NCBI GenBank assembly: GCA_963764165.1 | Contig: CAVXRD010000002.1 | Location: forward strand, 1,696,001 to 1,760,000 | Direction of reading: 5' to 3' | DNA: 64,000 nt | Origin: an uncultured Verrucomicrobiae bacterium | Lineage (GTDB): Bacteria; Verrucomicrobiota; Verrucomicrobiia; Limisphaerales; Palsa-1400 | Shown: piece after piece, positions 28,906 through 38,997 of the stretch | How positions within the stretch are numbered: the stretch's first letter is position 1 | Layout: every line of letters starts with the position of its first letter | Translations under genes and position numbers: made by a program | The notes under the pieces: generated by a model | Told to the model about the DNA's origin: nothing | The model's database searches: none | What the model saw: only the letters and a program-made list of their open reading frames with translations

Positions 28906-30105
28906 ATGCGAATGGGCCGGCTCGCGCTTGGCCGACTTTGCGGCCTTCTCCCTGGCTGGCTTTGATTTTCCGCCGGGGTGCATGATCACTTTCGTCCAGC
29001 CGTTTTCGCGGCAGTCGAAATGCTGATACGCATCCGGCGCTTCATTGAGCGAGATTTCGTGGGAAACGATCCATGACGGCTTGGCGTAGCCGTGGTGAAT
29101 GAGATTGCACAGATACCGATTGTAGGCTTTCACATTCGCCTGTCCCGTGCCGATGGAGAGGCCCTTCTGGAAGAATTTGCCAAAGTCGAACGCGATTTTC
29201 CCCTGCTTCGCCAGCTCGTCCGACGCTCCCGGATCCTCCGGCACAAAAACACCGACCACGCCGATGCCCGCCGTGGGGCGCACGGATTCAACGAGGTTGT
29301 TCATGGTCATGTTGGGGACTTCGTGGCCGGCGGGATCGTGGCATTGGTAGCCGACGCATTCGGCGCCGCGGTCCGCGCCCTCGCCGTTCGTCAATTCGAG
29401 AATCTGCTCGATGGGCGAGCCTTTGGAATCGTCGATTGCAATTGCGCCGATCTCCTCGGCCAGGCGCAGGCGGTCAGCCTGCCTGTCAACCACAATCACC
29501 TGGCTCGCGCCCTTGATCATGGCTGAATGCGCCGCCATCAGGCCCACTGGGCCGGAACCGTAAATCACAATCGATTCGCCGGGCTTCAATCCCGCAAGTT
29601 CCGTTGCGTGCCAGCCGGTCGGGAAAATGTCCGAGAGCATGACGTAGTCGGATTGTCGATCTCCGGCATCTTCCGGGAGCTTGAGGCAATTGAAATCGCC
29701 GTAGGGCACGCGAAGATATTCGGCCTGCCCTCCGCTGTAAGGACCCATGCCGGCGTAGCCGTAAGCCGCGCCCGCCACGCCGGGATTCGTTGTCAAACAA
29801 AAACCAGTCAGCCCGCGCTCGCAATTTTTGCACGAGCCGCAACTGATGTTGAATGGCAGGCAAACGAGATCGCCCACCTTGATTTGCCGGATGGCCGGGC
29901 CGACTTCGACGACCTCGCCCAAATTTTCGTGGCCGAGAACCTTGCCGGTTTCGACATCGGTGCGGCCTTCATACATGTGCAAGTCGGAGCCGCAAATGTT
30001 GGTCGTGGTAATTTTCACGATGACATCGCTTTGCTCTTCAATTTTCGGTTCTGGAACATCTTCGATGCGGACATTGCGGGGGCCTCTGTAAACGAGTGCT
30101 TTCAT
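28903..30105 (-). CDS. Glutathione-independent formaldehyde dehydrogenase-like zinc alcohol dehydrogenase
   Basis: ICGSDLH, GHE, CxxCxxC, GGQAEY, LSDIFPTG, GSGPVG. Confidence 0.88.
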   Translation of the reverse strand: MKALVYRGPRNVRIEDVPEPKIEEQSDVIVKITTTNICGSDLHMYEGRTDVETGKVLGHENLGEVVEVGPAIRQIKVGDLVCLPFNISCGSCKNCERGLTGFCLTTNPGVAGAAYGYAGMGPYSGGQAEYLRVPYGDFNCLKLPEDAGDRQSDYVMLSDIFPTGWHATELAGLKPGESIVIYGSGPVGLMAAHSAMIKGASQVIVVDRQADRLRLAEEIGAIAIDDSKGSPIEQILELTNGEGADRGAECVGYQCHDPAGHEVPNMTMNNLVESVRPTAGIGVVGVFVPEDPGASDELAKQGKIAFDFGKFFQKGLSIGTGQANVKAYNRYLCNLIHHGYAKPSWIVSHEISLNEAPDAYQHFDCRENGWTKVIMHPGGKSKPAREKAAKSAKREPAHSH

Positions 30106-30426
30106 AGGTAACTCAATTGCTTTCCTTGTTCGTGGTTAAATCATCCCTCTGGGGGCCTCGAGCATTTTAGCAGGAGATATGCCGCTGCATTCACCGAGGC
30201 GCAGAGGGGATCACCTATTGCGAAACGCACAAAGCAGAACGCAATTTGCCCGCGCAAACCCCGCCGCCTCAAAGACCAAAGCGGGAAGACGGCTGGCATA
30301 TTTCAAGCTCTGGTTTTGGTAACGATCCGTTATAGCGCGGAGCGCAAAAGGAATCTTTGGCAGGCAACGCTTGGCGCAACTTTGAAAACTTTTAGCTTTC
30401 GACCGTAAACACAAACTCTACTACTT

Positions 30427-31287
30427 ATGACAACAACTCTACCTGCGCCCTCACGACAAACTCAGGTTCCTCCCGGCTCTCAGGAAAAAATGCGGCCCCG
30501 GCCCATTGACGAAGACCAGGAATATATTCCGAGCGGAAAGCTGAAAGGCAAAGTCGCCATTGTCACCGGCGCGGACAGCGGCATCGGGCGCTCGGTGGCG
30601 ATTCTCTTCGCCAAGGAAGGAGCTGATGTTTGCGTCGTTTATCTGGATGAACACCAAGACGCCAAAGAAACGGTCTGTCGCATCAAGCAGCTCGGCGGGC
30701 GCGCGATTGCGTGCGATGGAGATCTGGGCGAGCCGGATTTTTGCAAAAAGACCGTCGAACAGACCATTGAAGCGTTTGGCAAAATCGACATTCTCATCAA
30801 CAATGCGGGAACGCAGGATGAGGTTGCGGGAGTGGAGGATTTGGAGCCCGCGCACGTCGAACGCATTTTCAAAACGAACATTTTCGGCTTCTTTTATTTG
30901 ACAAAAGCGGCGCTGCCATTCTTGAACGAGGGCGCGTCGATCATCAACACGACCTCCGTTCAAGCTTACGATCCTTCGCCGCATTTGATGGATTACGCCT
31001 GCACCAAGGCAGCCATTTTGAACTTCACGCGCTCACTGGCGAAGGAACTGGCTCCGAGAAAAATTCGGGTCAACGCCGTCGCGCCCGGTCCTATATGGAC
31101 GCCGCTGATTCCGACGACGTTTTCACCGGATGATTTGCCGTCATTTGGGGAGAAGACGTTATTCAAGCGCCCTGGGCAGCCAGCGGAAGTCGCGCCGGCG
31201 TATTTGTTTTTAGCCACCAACGGCGATTCGTCCTTTGTCACCGGCCAGGTTCTTCACATCAACGGGGGACAATCGATGGTGAGCTGA
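30427..31287 (+). CDS. SDR oxidoreductase (general stress protein 39/YdaD-like)
   Basis: TGADSGIG, NNAG, YACTK, APGPIWTP, RPGQPAE. Confidence 0.9.
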   Translation: MTTTLPAPSRQTQVPPGSQEKMRPRPIDEDQEYIPSGKLKGKVAIVTGADSGIGRSVAILFAKEGADVCVVYLDEHQDAKETVCRIKQLGGRAIACDGDLGEPDFCKKTVEQTIEAFGKIDILINNAGTQDEVAGVEDLEPAHVERIFKTNIFGFFYLTKAALPFLNEGASIINTTSVQAYDPSPHLMDYACTKAAILNFTRSLAKELAPRKIRVNAVAPGPIWTPLIPTTFSPDDLPSFGEKTLFKRPGQPAEVAPAYLFLATNGDSSFVTGQVLHINGGQSMVS

Positions 31288-31300
31288 CATCTCTGAGAGA

Positions 31301-31431
31301 GGGACGCCTCGCCGAGGCGTCCGGGTTGTGGCGTTGCTATGCGCAGACCGTGGAATTTTTATCCCGCGCAACCGGACGCCTCCGCCCACCTTCGCGAAGC
31401 TTCGGCGCGGTAAACGAGGCGTCCCTGCCTT
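31301..31431. repeat. REP family A doublet with a 32-nt insert in the loop of the right arm
   Basis: gggacgcctcgccgaggcgtcc ... ggacgcctc[31383-31414]cgaggcgtccctgcctt. Confidence 0.85.
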
Positions 31432-31454
31432 CCACGAGCCTGCGCTCGTGGAAA

Positions 31455-32501
31455 TTATGCGTCTGTTCCAGCAGTCAAGGCTTTCAATTTTTTCTGCGCC
31501 GTGCCCGAATCGATCACCTCCGCCGCCACATCCCAACCTTCCGAAAGGCTGCGGCACTTCTCCGCCACGAACAGCGCGGCGGCGGCGTTGAAGAGAACGG
31601 CGTCGCGTTTAGGGCCGCGATCTTCTCCGCTCAAAATGCGCCGCACGATCTCCGCGTTCTGTTCGCGAGAGCCGCCGGCCAGATCGGCGAGAGTGGCGGG
31701 TTGCATGGGAAAATTCAGAGTTTGCAAAACCGAGGAAGTTAATCCGCGAGGCTGATAAAATTCCGCCACTGTCGTTTCGCCAAGGGTCGAAAGCTCATCA
31801 AGCCAGCCGCCGGGGACTTGCCCGCATACGACCATCGCGCGACGCGAGCCGAGCGTTTGCAAGACGCCCGCCAGCGGCAGGCAGAGATCGGGCCGCGGCA
31901 CGCCGGCCAATTGCAGGGCGGGGCGCGCCGGATTGAGCAGAGGGCCGAGGTAATTGAAAATCGTTTTCTGCCCGCGTTCGCCGCAAAATTTCCGCGCCGG
32001 GCCTATTTGCTGAAAAACTGGATGGTAACGCGGCGCGAAGAAGAATGCAAAATTGTGCTCGCGCAGCGACCGCGCCGCCTGCTCGGGTGTCAAATTTATT
32101 TTAATTCCGAGCGCCTCCAGCACATCGGCGCTGCCGGATTGGGAAGTGACGGCGCGATTGCCGTGCTTGGCCACTGGGACGCCCGCTGCCGCCACCACCA
32201 GCGCCACCGTGGTGGAAATGTTAAACGTGTTCAAGCGGTCGCCGCCGGTGCCGCAGACATCGATGATTTGCCGCGCGCGAGTTTCGCTGTCGATGGGCGG
32301 GACCACCGCAAGCTCGCGCAACTCCCGGGCGAAGCCGGCGATTTCCTCCGGCGTTTCGCCTTTCAGCGCGAGCGCGGTGAGAAATGCCGCCTTGATTTCG
32401 ACGGTTGGAGCCGATCCCGCGAGAGCAGCCACGGCATCGCGCACCTGTTGATTGGTCAAAGGTTCGCGGCGCGAAAGTTGTTCAGCCAGGATATCGAGCA
32501 C
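31455..32501 (-). CDS. trpD: Anthranilate phosphoribosyltransferase
   Basis: DVCGTGGD, FNIST, AKHGN, SGSAD, GPLLNPA, LDE. Confidence 0.95.
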   Translation of the reverse strand: MLDILAEQLSRREPLTNQQVRDAVAALAGSAPTVEIKAAFLTALALKGETPEEIAGFARELRELAVVPPIDSETRARQIIDVCGTGGDRLNTFNISTTVALVVAAAGVPVAKHGNRAVTSQSGSADVLEALGIKINLTPEQAARSLREHNFAFFFAPRYHPVFQQIGPARKFCGERGQKTIFNYLGPLLNPARPALQLAGVPRPDLCLPLAGVLQTLGSRRAMVVCGQVPGGWLDELSTLGETTVAEFYQPRGLTSSVLQTLNFPMQPATLADLAGGSREQNAEIVRRILSGEDRGPKRDAVLFNAAAALFVAEKCRSLSEGWDVAAEVIDSGTAQKKLKALTAGTDA

Positions 32502-32574
32502 ACTGGAATTGTAGGAAGAGAACAGGGATTTTGCCAGTGTCTTGAGCGTGGAGAGGCGCAGGGTCTCCGGCGGA

Positions 32575-32668
32575 GCGCGACTGTGTCGAAGACCAGTCGC
32601 AGCACGTTGAACGGAAGGCGCCCGCGTTGATCGCAGCGCTGCGGCTGATTCTTCGTCGCTTCGCTCCC
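32575..32668. repeat. REP-like family F pair (degenerate right arm)
   Basis: gcgcgactgtgtcgaagaccagtcgcagc matches the arm at 20815. Confidence 0.7.
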
Positions 32669-32714
32669 GCGAACACAGGTACCTCCGTTCAAGGTATATC
32701 CGCTACCGCCACCA

Positions 32715-35700
32715 CTACCGCGCCGCGCGCGCGTGGCGCATGTCAAACGTGAACACCATTTCCCGATTTTTCTCCGGCGTGCGCAATTTCATCGCCCCGG
32801 GTGTGTGGCCCTGGCGGAAGAATCGGGACAATCGGCGGCTCTCGGCTTCGTAGGCGTTGACGGGAAACGTGGTGTAACTGCGCCCGCCGGGGTGCATCAC
32901 GTGGTAAGTGCAGCCTCCGATGCTGCGCTGGTTCCATTTATCGTAAATGTCGAATACCAAAGGCGTGTTCACACCGACTGTCGGGTGCAGGCAATTGGGC
33001 GGCTGCCATGCGCGATAACGGACGCCGCTGACGAACTCGCCGTTGGCCCCGGTCGGATGCAGCGGAATGGCCCAGCCTCCGACGGAGATAATGTGGCGCC
33101 CACCGGTCAATCCCTGCGCCTTGATTTGCAACCGTTCGGTCGAGGAATCCACGTAGCGCACGGTGCCGCCGGGGCCGGGTTCCTCGCCCAGGACATTCCA
33201 TGGCTCCAGCGCCTGGCGCAGCTCCAAATGAATATTGCTGACGTCGAGATCGCCGAATTGCGGGAAGCGGAATTCCATGTGCGGCCCGAACCATTCGGAG
33301 CGCATCGGGTAGCCGAACTCACGCAATTCCGCCAGCACCTCGCAAAAATCGTTCCAGACGAAATGCGGCAGCATCCAGCGGTCATGAATATCCGCCCCCC
33401 AGCGGACGAGCGATTGCGTGTAGGGCTTCTGCCAAAAACGGGAGACCAGCGCGCGCAGAAGAAGCTGCTGGGCCAGGCTCATGCGCGCGTGCGGCGGCAT
33501 TTCGAAGGAGCGCATTTCCAGCAAGCCGAGCCGACCGCTGGCGCTTTCCGGCGGATAGAGCTTGTCGATGGAAAATTCGGCGCGATGCGTGTTGCCGGTG
33601 GCGTCAATAAGAAGATTGCGGAACAGACGGTCGGTCAGCCACGGCGGAATGTATTTTCTGGCCGGCACCTGCTCAAAGGCCGCTTCCAATTCGTAAAGCG
33701 AATCATTGCGCGCCTCATCAACCCGCGGGCTTTGACTGGTCGGGCCGATGAACATGCCGCTGAACAAAAACGAGAGCGACGGATGATTCTGCCAATACGA
33801 CAAAAGCGAGCGCAGCAAATCCGGCCGGCGCAGCAATGGCGAATCCGCGGGAGTGGGTCCGCCGAGAACGATGTGGTTGCCGCCGCCCGTTCCCGCGTGA
33901 CGTCCGTCCTGCAAGAATTTCTCCGAGCCGAGGCGCGTTTGGAAGGCTTCTTCGTAAAGCGCCTCGGTGGTTTGCACCATTTCGTCCCAGGTGTTGAGCG
34001 GGTGCAGATTGACTTCAATCACGCCCGGGTCAGGCGTCACCTTGAGGACATTCAGGCGATGATCGCGCGGCGGCGTGTAGCCTTCGATGACTACTGGCGT
34101 GTCGAGTTGCTTCGCAGTTTCTTCGACGGCGGCAACGCACTCCAGATAATCCTCCAGCGCATGCACCGGCGGCATGAAAACGTGCAGGCGTCCCTCGCGC
34201 GGCTCGACGCACAGGGCCGTCCGCACCAGCCACCACGCCGATTGCCCCGGCGCGGGGGCGATGGTGGTGTCCGGCGGCGTAAAACGCGTCAACAATTGGC
34301 GGCGCGGCAGTTCTTTCTGCGGGGGGCGCGGCATTTGCGGTTGAAAATCCGGCTTCGGGCGAGTCGGAAGCTCCCCTCGTTCCTCCATCGGATCCTGCTC
34401 GTAAAGATACGGAAAATCGCCCGCCTTCGCCCACGGCAATGAATCGAGCGGCAAACGCAATCCCAACGGCGAATCGCCAGGAATGAGGAAGCAGCGTTCC
34501 GTGCGCAAAAACCACGGGCCAGTCGTCCAGCCGGATTTCTGGCCAGTCCAGCCGCGCTGCAAAGGAAGGACGTAGCCGACAACCTTATCCAATCCCTCCT
34601 CGAAAATGCGGGCCATGCGCGCCCGTTCCTCGGGATCCTTGAGATCGGATTTGAAGGGATCGACATTGGCCGGGAGGCGGCGCTCTTTCCACAGATAATA
34701 CCAAGTGTCCTCAAATGCCGGAAGGACGTGCTTGCCGCCGCAGCCAAGGCGCTGCGCCAGCGTCTGTATAAATTGCTCGGCTTCTTTTGCGCCGCGGCCA
34801 TAATTCTTTGCCTCGAGCGCGAACAATTCCTCATTCGCCCAAATCGGCTTGCCGTCTTTTCGCCAATACGCGGCAAAGGCCCAGCGCGGGAGAGGCTCGC
34901 CCGGATACCATTTCCCCTGGCCGTAATGCAGCAGCGCGCCCTTGGTGAAACGATTTTTCAGGCGGCGCATCAAATCGTCGGCCAGCTTTCGCTTGGTCGG
35001 GCCTTGCGCTGTCGTGTTCCATTCCGCGCCTTCGCGATCCGTCGTTGACACGAACGTCGGTTCGCCACCCATGGTAAGACGGCAATCGTGTTTGATTAAA
35101 TCCGCATCGACCTTGTGGCCTACCGTGACAATCTCGGCCCACTGCTCCTCGGTGTAAGGCTTCGTCACGCGCGGCGATTCGAACAGCCGCTTCACGGTCA
35201 TCTCAAATTTCAACTCACACTTGCTTTCATCAACCGCGCCGCTGATTGGCGCCGCGCTTTGCGGATCGGGAGTGGCCGCGAGGGGAATGTGACCTTCGCC
35301 AGCCATCAAGCCGGAGGTCGGATCGAGTCCGATCCAGCCCGCGCCGGGCAAATACGCTTCGCACCACGCGTGAAGATCAGTGAAATCAACTTGCGTCCCG
35401 CTGGGCCCGTCGAGCGCTTTGACATCCGGAGCCAATTGAATCAAATAGCCGCTGACAAAGCGCGATGCCAAACCGCAGTGCCGCAGCAATTGCGCCAGCA
35501 GCCATGCCGTATCACGGCACGAGCCGCTGCCTTTTTCGAGCGTTTCCGCCGGCGTCTGCACCCCCGGCTCGAGGCGGATGACGTATTTGATTTCGCGGCA
35601 AAGCTGCTGGTTGGCGGCGACTAAAAAATCAATCGTGCGTGGGCGATTTTCACCGGTGCGGCCTCCGATGATGCCGTTCATCCGATCGAGCGCGGCCTTG

Positions 35701-36080
35701 AACTTCGGCGTCAATTCGCACTTCAAATGGAACGGCTCCAATTCGTGCTTTAGCGAATCCGCATATTGAAATGGCATCCGTTCCGCTTCCGGCTCGAGGA
35801 AGAAATCGAACGGATTGAAGACCGCCATCTCCGCGACCACATCGACTTCGACTTCGAACTTGTCGGTTTTTTCCGGGAAGACGAGGCGAGCCAAATAGTT
35901 TGACTGCGGATCCTGCTGCCAGTTGATGAAATGTTTTTCGGGAAGGACGCGCAGCGAGTAGCTCAAGATCCGCGCGCGCGCATGCGGCGCGGGCCGCAGC
36001 CGCACCGTCTGCGGGCCGAGGTTCACCAGCCGGTCGTAGGTGTAGGTGGTGCGGTGGTGGATGGCAGCATGAATTGGCAT
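32715..36080 (-). CDS. Transglutaminase-like domain + DUF2126 putative amidoligase fusion
   Basis: GSCRD / DLHAWCE / LDPT triad; MGGEPTF, TPDPGVIEVN, GTGGGNH. Confidence 0.9.
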   Translation of the reverse strand: MPIHAAIHHRTTYTYDRLVNLGPQTVRLRPAPHARARILSYSLRVLPEKHFINWQQDPQSNYLARLVFPEKTDKFEVEVDVVAEMAVFNPFDFFLEPEAERMPFQYADSLKHELEPFHLKCELTPKFKAALDRMNGIIGGRTGENRPRTIDFLVAANQQLCREIKYVIRLEPGVQTPAETLEKGSGSCRDTAWLLAQLLRHCGLASRFVSGYLIQLAPDVKALDGPSGTQVDFTDLHAWCEAYLPGAGWIGLDPTSGLMAGEGHIPLAATPDPQSAAPISGAVDESKCELKFEMTVKRLFESPRVTKPYTEEQWAEIVTVGHKVDADLIKHDCRLTMGGEPTFVSTTDREGAEWNTTAQGPTKRKLADDLMRRLKNRFTKGALLHYGQGKWYPGEPLPRWAFAAYWRKDGKPIWANEELFALEAKNYGRGAKEAEQFIQTLAQRLGCGGKHVLPAFEDTWYYLWKERRLPANVDPFKSDLKDPEERARMARIFEEGLDKVVGYVLPLQRGWTGQKSGWTTGPWFLRTERCFLIPGDSPLGLRLPLDSLPWAKAGDFPYLYEQDPMEERGELPTRPKPDFQPQMPRPPQKELPRRQLLTRFTPPDTTIAPAPGQSAWWLVRTALCVEPREGRLHVFMPPVHALEDYLECVAAVEETAKQLDTPVVIEGYTPPRDHRLNVLKVTPDPGVIEVNLHPLNTWDEMVQTTEALYEEAFQTRLGSEKFLQDGRHAGTGGGNHIVLGGPTPADSPLLRRPDLLRSLLSYWQNHPSLSFLFSGMFIGPTSQSPRVDEARNDSLYELEAAFEQVPARKYIPPWLTDRLFRNLLIDATGNTHRAEFSIDKLYPPESASGRLGLLEMRSFEMPPHARMSLAQQLLLRALVSRFWQKPYTQSLVRWGADIHDRWMLPHFVWNDFCEVLAELREFGYPMRSEWFGPHMEFRFPQFGDLDVSNIHLELRQALEPWNVLGEEPGPGGTVRYVDSSTERLQIKAQGLTGGRHIISVGGWAIPLHPTGANGEFVSGVRYRAWQPPNCLHPTVGVNTPLVFDIYDKWNQRSIGGCTYHVMHPGGRSYTTFPVNAYEAESRRLSRFFRQGHTPGAMKLRTPEKNREMVFTFDMRHARAAR

Positions 36081-36089
36081 GATGAGAGG

Positions 36090-37217
36090 TTACAAAGGTA
36101 GGGACGCCTCGCCGAGGCGTCCGGTTGCGTGTGTGTTCGCCCGCAGGTTGCGCATAATTGACGCCTCACCCCGGACGCCTCGGCGAGGCGTCCCTACCTT
36201 AATTTGCTGCTGCTGTTCTTCCTGTTGAATCATGATTTCGCCCGTGATGTTCGTGAAATCCTGGAAGATGTAAGCGTTGAAAGCCGCCTCGCCAATGGCG
36301 TTGAGCTTGCTTTGAAATTGATCGAGATAGGTGTGCAGACCGAGATCGAAAATTTCCTCGATGGTGCTGAATTGCAATTCGGCTTCCAACCGGCCTGCGA
36401 GTTTTTCGGCGTCGTTGCAAAATCTCCCGCTCGGCACGCCAGATATTTGGCGCAAAGCGCCGTTCAATTCCGCCACGCAAAAACGCGCCGACCGCGGGAA
36501 ATCCTCGTTGAAAAGCAAGAATTCCGCAACGTGCCTGGGATGAACATCCGCGCCGTGAATGGATTTGTATGCGTCCCACGCGCTGCACGAGCGCAACACC
36601 GCGGACCACCCCAGCGCCTCCGCCTGGCTCACGCTTTCCGGCAATCCTCGCTCCGGCAGGCTTTGATAGCGGACGTCAAGTATGCGGGACGTTTTGTCCG
36701 CCCGCTCAAGATATTGGCCGGCCATCGAAAACCACCAGCCTTCATTTCGCAAAATGGTGGCCCGGCCCAATCCGACCAGCAGCAATGAAGCGGATTTGAT
36801 TTGCTGAAAAAATTCGCTCGGGCTTTGCCGCCAGACTTTCCGCGCCTCATTCGAGCGAACGAAAAGATAGAGGCGGTTTAATTCCTCCCAGAATTCGATG
36901 GAAATCTGGTCGCGCACCATGCGGGCATTTTCGCGCGCCTGGCAGACGGAGGAGAAAATCGAATTCGCATTCTCCGGCTGGAAGACGAGAAATTCCGTCA
37001 CGGCATGGCCGGTCGCATTCTTGTGCAGCTCAAGGAACTGCTTTTCGTCACCCGTGCTCAGCAAAACAGGCATCCAGTATTGGGTCAGGCGCTCATCGTC
37101 CAGGCTGCGCATGTCCAGGATGAGTTGGAGATTCACATCGACGATGCGCGCGATGTTTTCGGCGCGCTCGATGTAGCGCGACATCCAGTAAAGGCAGTTG
37201 GCGACGCGGCTAAGCAT
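36090..37217 (-). CDS. Alpha-E domain protein (DUF403) with a Gln-rich tail and a REP-derived C-terminal extension
   Basis: MLSRVA..YWMSRYIERAEN, ARENAR, LERADKT.R, FPRS. Confidence 0.9.
   Translation of the reverse strand: MLSRVANCLYWMSRYIERAENIARIVDVNLQLILDMRSLDDERLTQYWMPVLLSTGDEKQFLELHKNATGHAVTEFLVFQPENANSIFSSVCQARENARMVRDQISIEFWEELNRLYLFVRSNEARKVWRQSPSEFFQQIKSASLLLVGLGRATILRNEGWWFSMAGQYLERADKTSRILDVRYQSLPERGLPESVSQAEALGWSAVLRSCSAWDAYKSIHGADVHPRHVAEFLLFNEDFPRSARFCVAELNGALRQISGVPSGRFCNDAEKLAGRLEAELQFSTIEEIFDLGLHTYLDQFQSKLNAIGEAAFNAYIFQDFTNITGEIMIQQEEQQQQIKVGTPRRGVRGEASIMRNLRANTHATGRLGEASLPL
36094..36200. repeat. REP family A doublet (intact), inside the 3' end of the alpha-E ORF
   Basis: aaaggtagggacgcctcgccgaggcgtcc ... 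ggacgcctcggcgaggcgtccctacctt. Confidence 0.9.
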
Positions 37218-37219
37218 GT

Positions 37220-38659
37220 CTATTCATCTCCATACAAAACCCAGGTGTCCTTGCTCCCGCCGCCTTGCGACGAATTCACCACCAGCGAGCCTGCCCGCAG
37301 CGCCACGCGCGTCAATCCACCCGGCACCACCGTCGTTTTTTCGCCGCAAATAATGTAAGGACGCAGATCGATATGCCTCCCCTGAAAACCAGTCCCGTCC
37401 ACCATTGTCGGATGGCGTGAAAGCGAAATCATCGGTTGCGCGATGTAATTTCGCGGGTCGGCCTGAACACGCGCGCGGAAGGCCTCGATTTCCTCCGCCG
37501 TCGATTTCGGCCCCATCAACATTCCGTAGCCGCCGGATTCATTGGCGGCCTTCACCACCAGGTTGGAGAGATTTTCGAGGATGTATTTGCGATCCTCTTC
37601 TTCACTGGCGAGATAAGTCGGCACATTCGGAATGATCGGGTCCTGGCCGAGATAATATTTGATCATCCGCGGCACGAAATAATACATGACCTTGTCATCG
37701 GCGATTCCGGTGCCGATGGAATTGGCCAGCGAAACGTGGCCTGAGCGATACGCGTTGACGAGACCAGGAACGCCCAGCATGGAATCGCGGCGAAACACCG
37801 TCGGATCGAGAAAATCGTCGTCTATGCGCCGGTAAATCACATGCACCGGCTGCAAGCCTTTGGTCGTGCGCATGAACACGCGCGAATCGGTCACCAGCAG
37901 GTCGCGTCCCTCCACAATCTCGATTCCCATCTGCCGAGCGAGGTATGTGTGCTCGAAATAAGCGCTGTTGCAAGCGCCCGGTGTCAACAGCACAACCGTA
38001 GGATCCGCCACGCCCCGCGGCGCGATGTGCTGCAGCATCTTTAGCAATTCCTGCGGGTAATGATCGACCGGCCGCACGCCAATGCGCTCGAACAAGTCCG
38101 GAAAGCTTCGCTTCATCGCGCGCCGATTTTCCAGGACATAACTGACGCCGCTTGGGCAGCGTCCATTGTCCTCCAGCACCATGTAAGCGCCGTCCGACCC
38201 GCGAATCAGGTCCGTGCCGCACACATGGATGTAAATGTCCTTCGGCACATCGAACCCGACAAATTCGCGCCGGAAATGTTTTCCGGACAAAACGTAAAAC
38301 GACGGAATGACACCATCCTTCACAATCTTCTGCTCGTGATAAATGTCGTGCAGAAAAAGATTCAGCGCCGTGATGCGCTGGATCAAACCGCGTTCGAGAA
38401 ATTCCCATTCTTTGGCGGGAATCACGCGCGGGACGAGATCGAACGGAAAGATCCGCTCGGTTCCCTGGGAATCGCCATAGACATTGAACGTGATGCCCTG
38501 CCGCAAAAACGCGAGGTCGATGGAGTGGCGCTTCTCGGCGAATTCCTCAGGGCCGAGGCCCTGGAAAAGCGAAAAGAAGTGCTTGTAATGCGGGCGGATG
38601 TTGCCATCCAGATCCAGCATCTCGTCAAAAAAACTATCGTGATTGTAGCCGCGCAGCAT
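37220..38659 (-). CDS. Circularly permuted type 2 ATP-grasp protein (DUF404/407)
   Basis: [16 protein letters not shown]...[36 protein letters not shown]. Confidence 0.93.
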   Translation of the reverse strand: MLRGYNHDSFFDEMLDLDGNIRPHYKHFFSLFQGLGPEEFAEKRHSIDLAFLRQGITFNVYGDSQGTERIFPFDLVPRVIPAKEWEFLERGLIQRITALNLFLHDIYHEQKIVKDGVIPSFYVLSGKHFRREFVGFDVPKDIYIHVCGTDLIRGSDGAYMVLEDNGRCPSGVSYVLENRRAMKRSFPDLFERIGVRPVDHYPQELLKMLQHIAPRGVADPTVVLLTPGACNSAYFEHTYLARQMGIEIVEGRDLLVTDSRVFMRTTKGLQPVHVIYRRIDDDFLDPTVFRRDSMLGVPGLVNAYRSGHVSLANSIGTGIADDKVMYYFVPRMIKYYLGQDPIIPNVPTYLASEEEDRKYILENLSNLVVKAANESGGYGMLMGPKSTAEEIEAFRARVQADPRNYIAQPMISLSRHPTMVDGTGFQGRHIDLRPYIICGEKTTVVPGGLTRVALRAGSLVVNSSQGGGSKDTWVLYGDE

Positions 38660-38888
38660 CAGTCAAATAGTTCCAAATTAGCCAGCCTGCCCAATTTGCG
38701 CCTTATAAAAAGGTTCGCCATCGCGATGGAAAGATTAAACCTCCATCCCGTTTTCGCGCCAATCGCCTTGCGGGCAAGGGGGTTCCCCCAAGCTTTCGCC
38801 AATGCGGCACCGCACCGCATTTCCCGCATGGACATTGCATTGCCAGTATAGCAATCCCCTTGCCGAACTCTCGAATTCTGCCTCAGCT

Positions 38889-38994
38889 AGGTAGGGACGC
38901 CTCGCCGAGGCGTCCGGTTGCGCGGGATTAATTCCACGGTCTCCCGATAAACAACACCGCACCCCGGAACGCCTCGGCGAGGCGTCCCTGCCTT
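38889..38994. repeat. REP family A doublet
   Basis: aggtagggacgcctcgccgaggcgtcc ... gcctcggcgaggcgtccctgcctt. Confidence 0.88.
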
Positions 38995-38997
38995 GCT

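Noticed and set aside
32733..34442. 569-aa plus-strand ORF
   Set aside because: Antisense shadow of the TGase-DUF2126 gene.
38774..38793. Sigma-54 promoter upstream of the ATP-grasp operon
   Set aside because: Only a loose GG-N10-GC within a G/C run hairpin; the TGGCAC consensus is missing.
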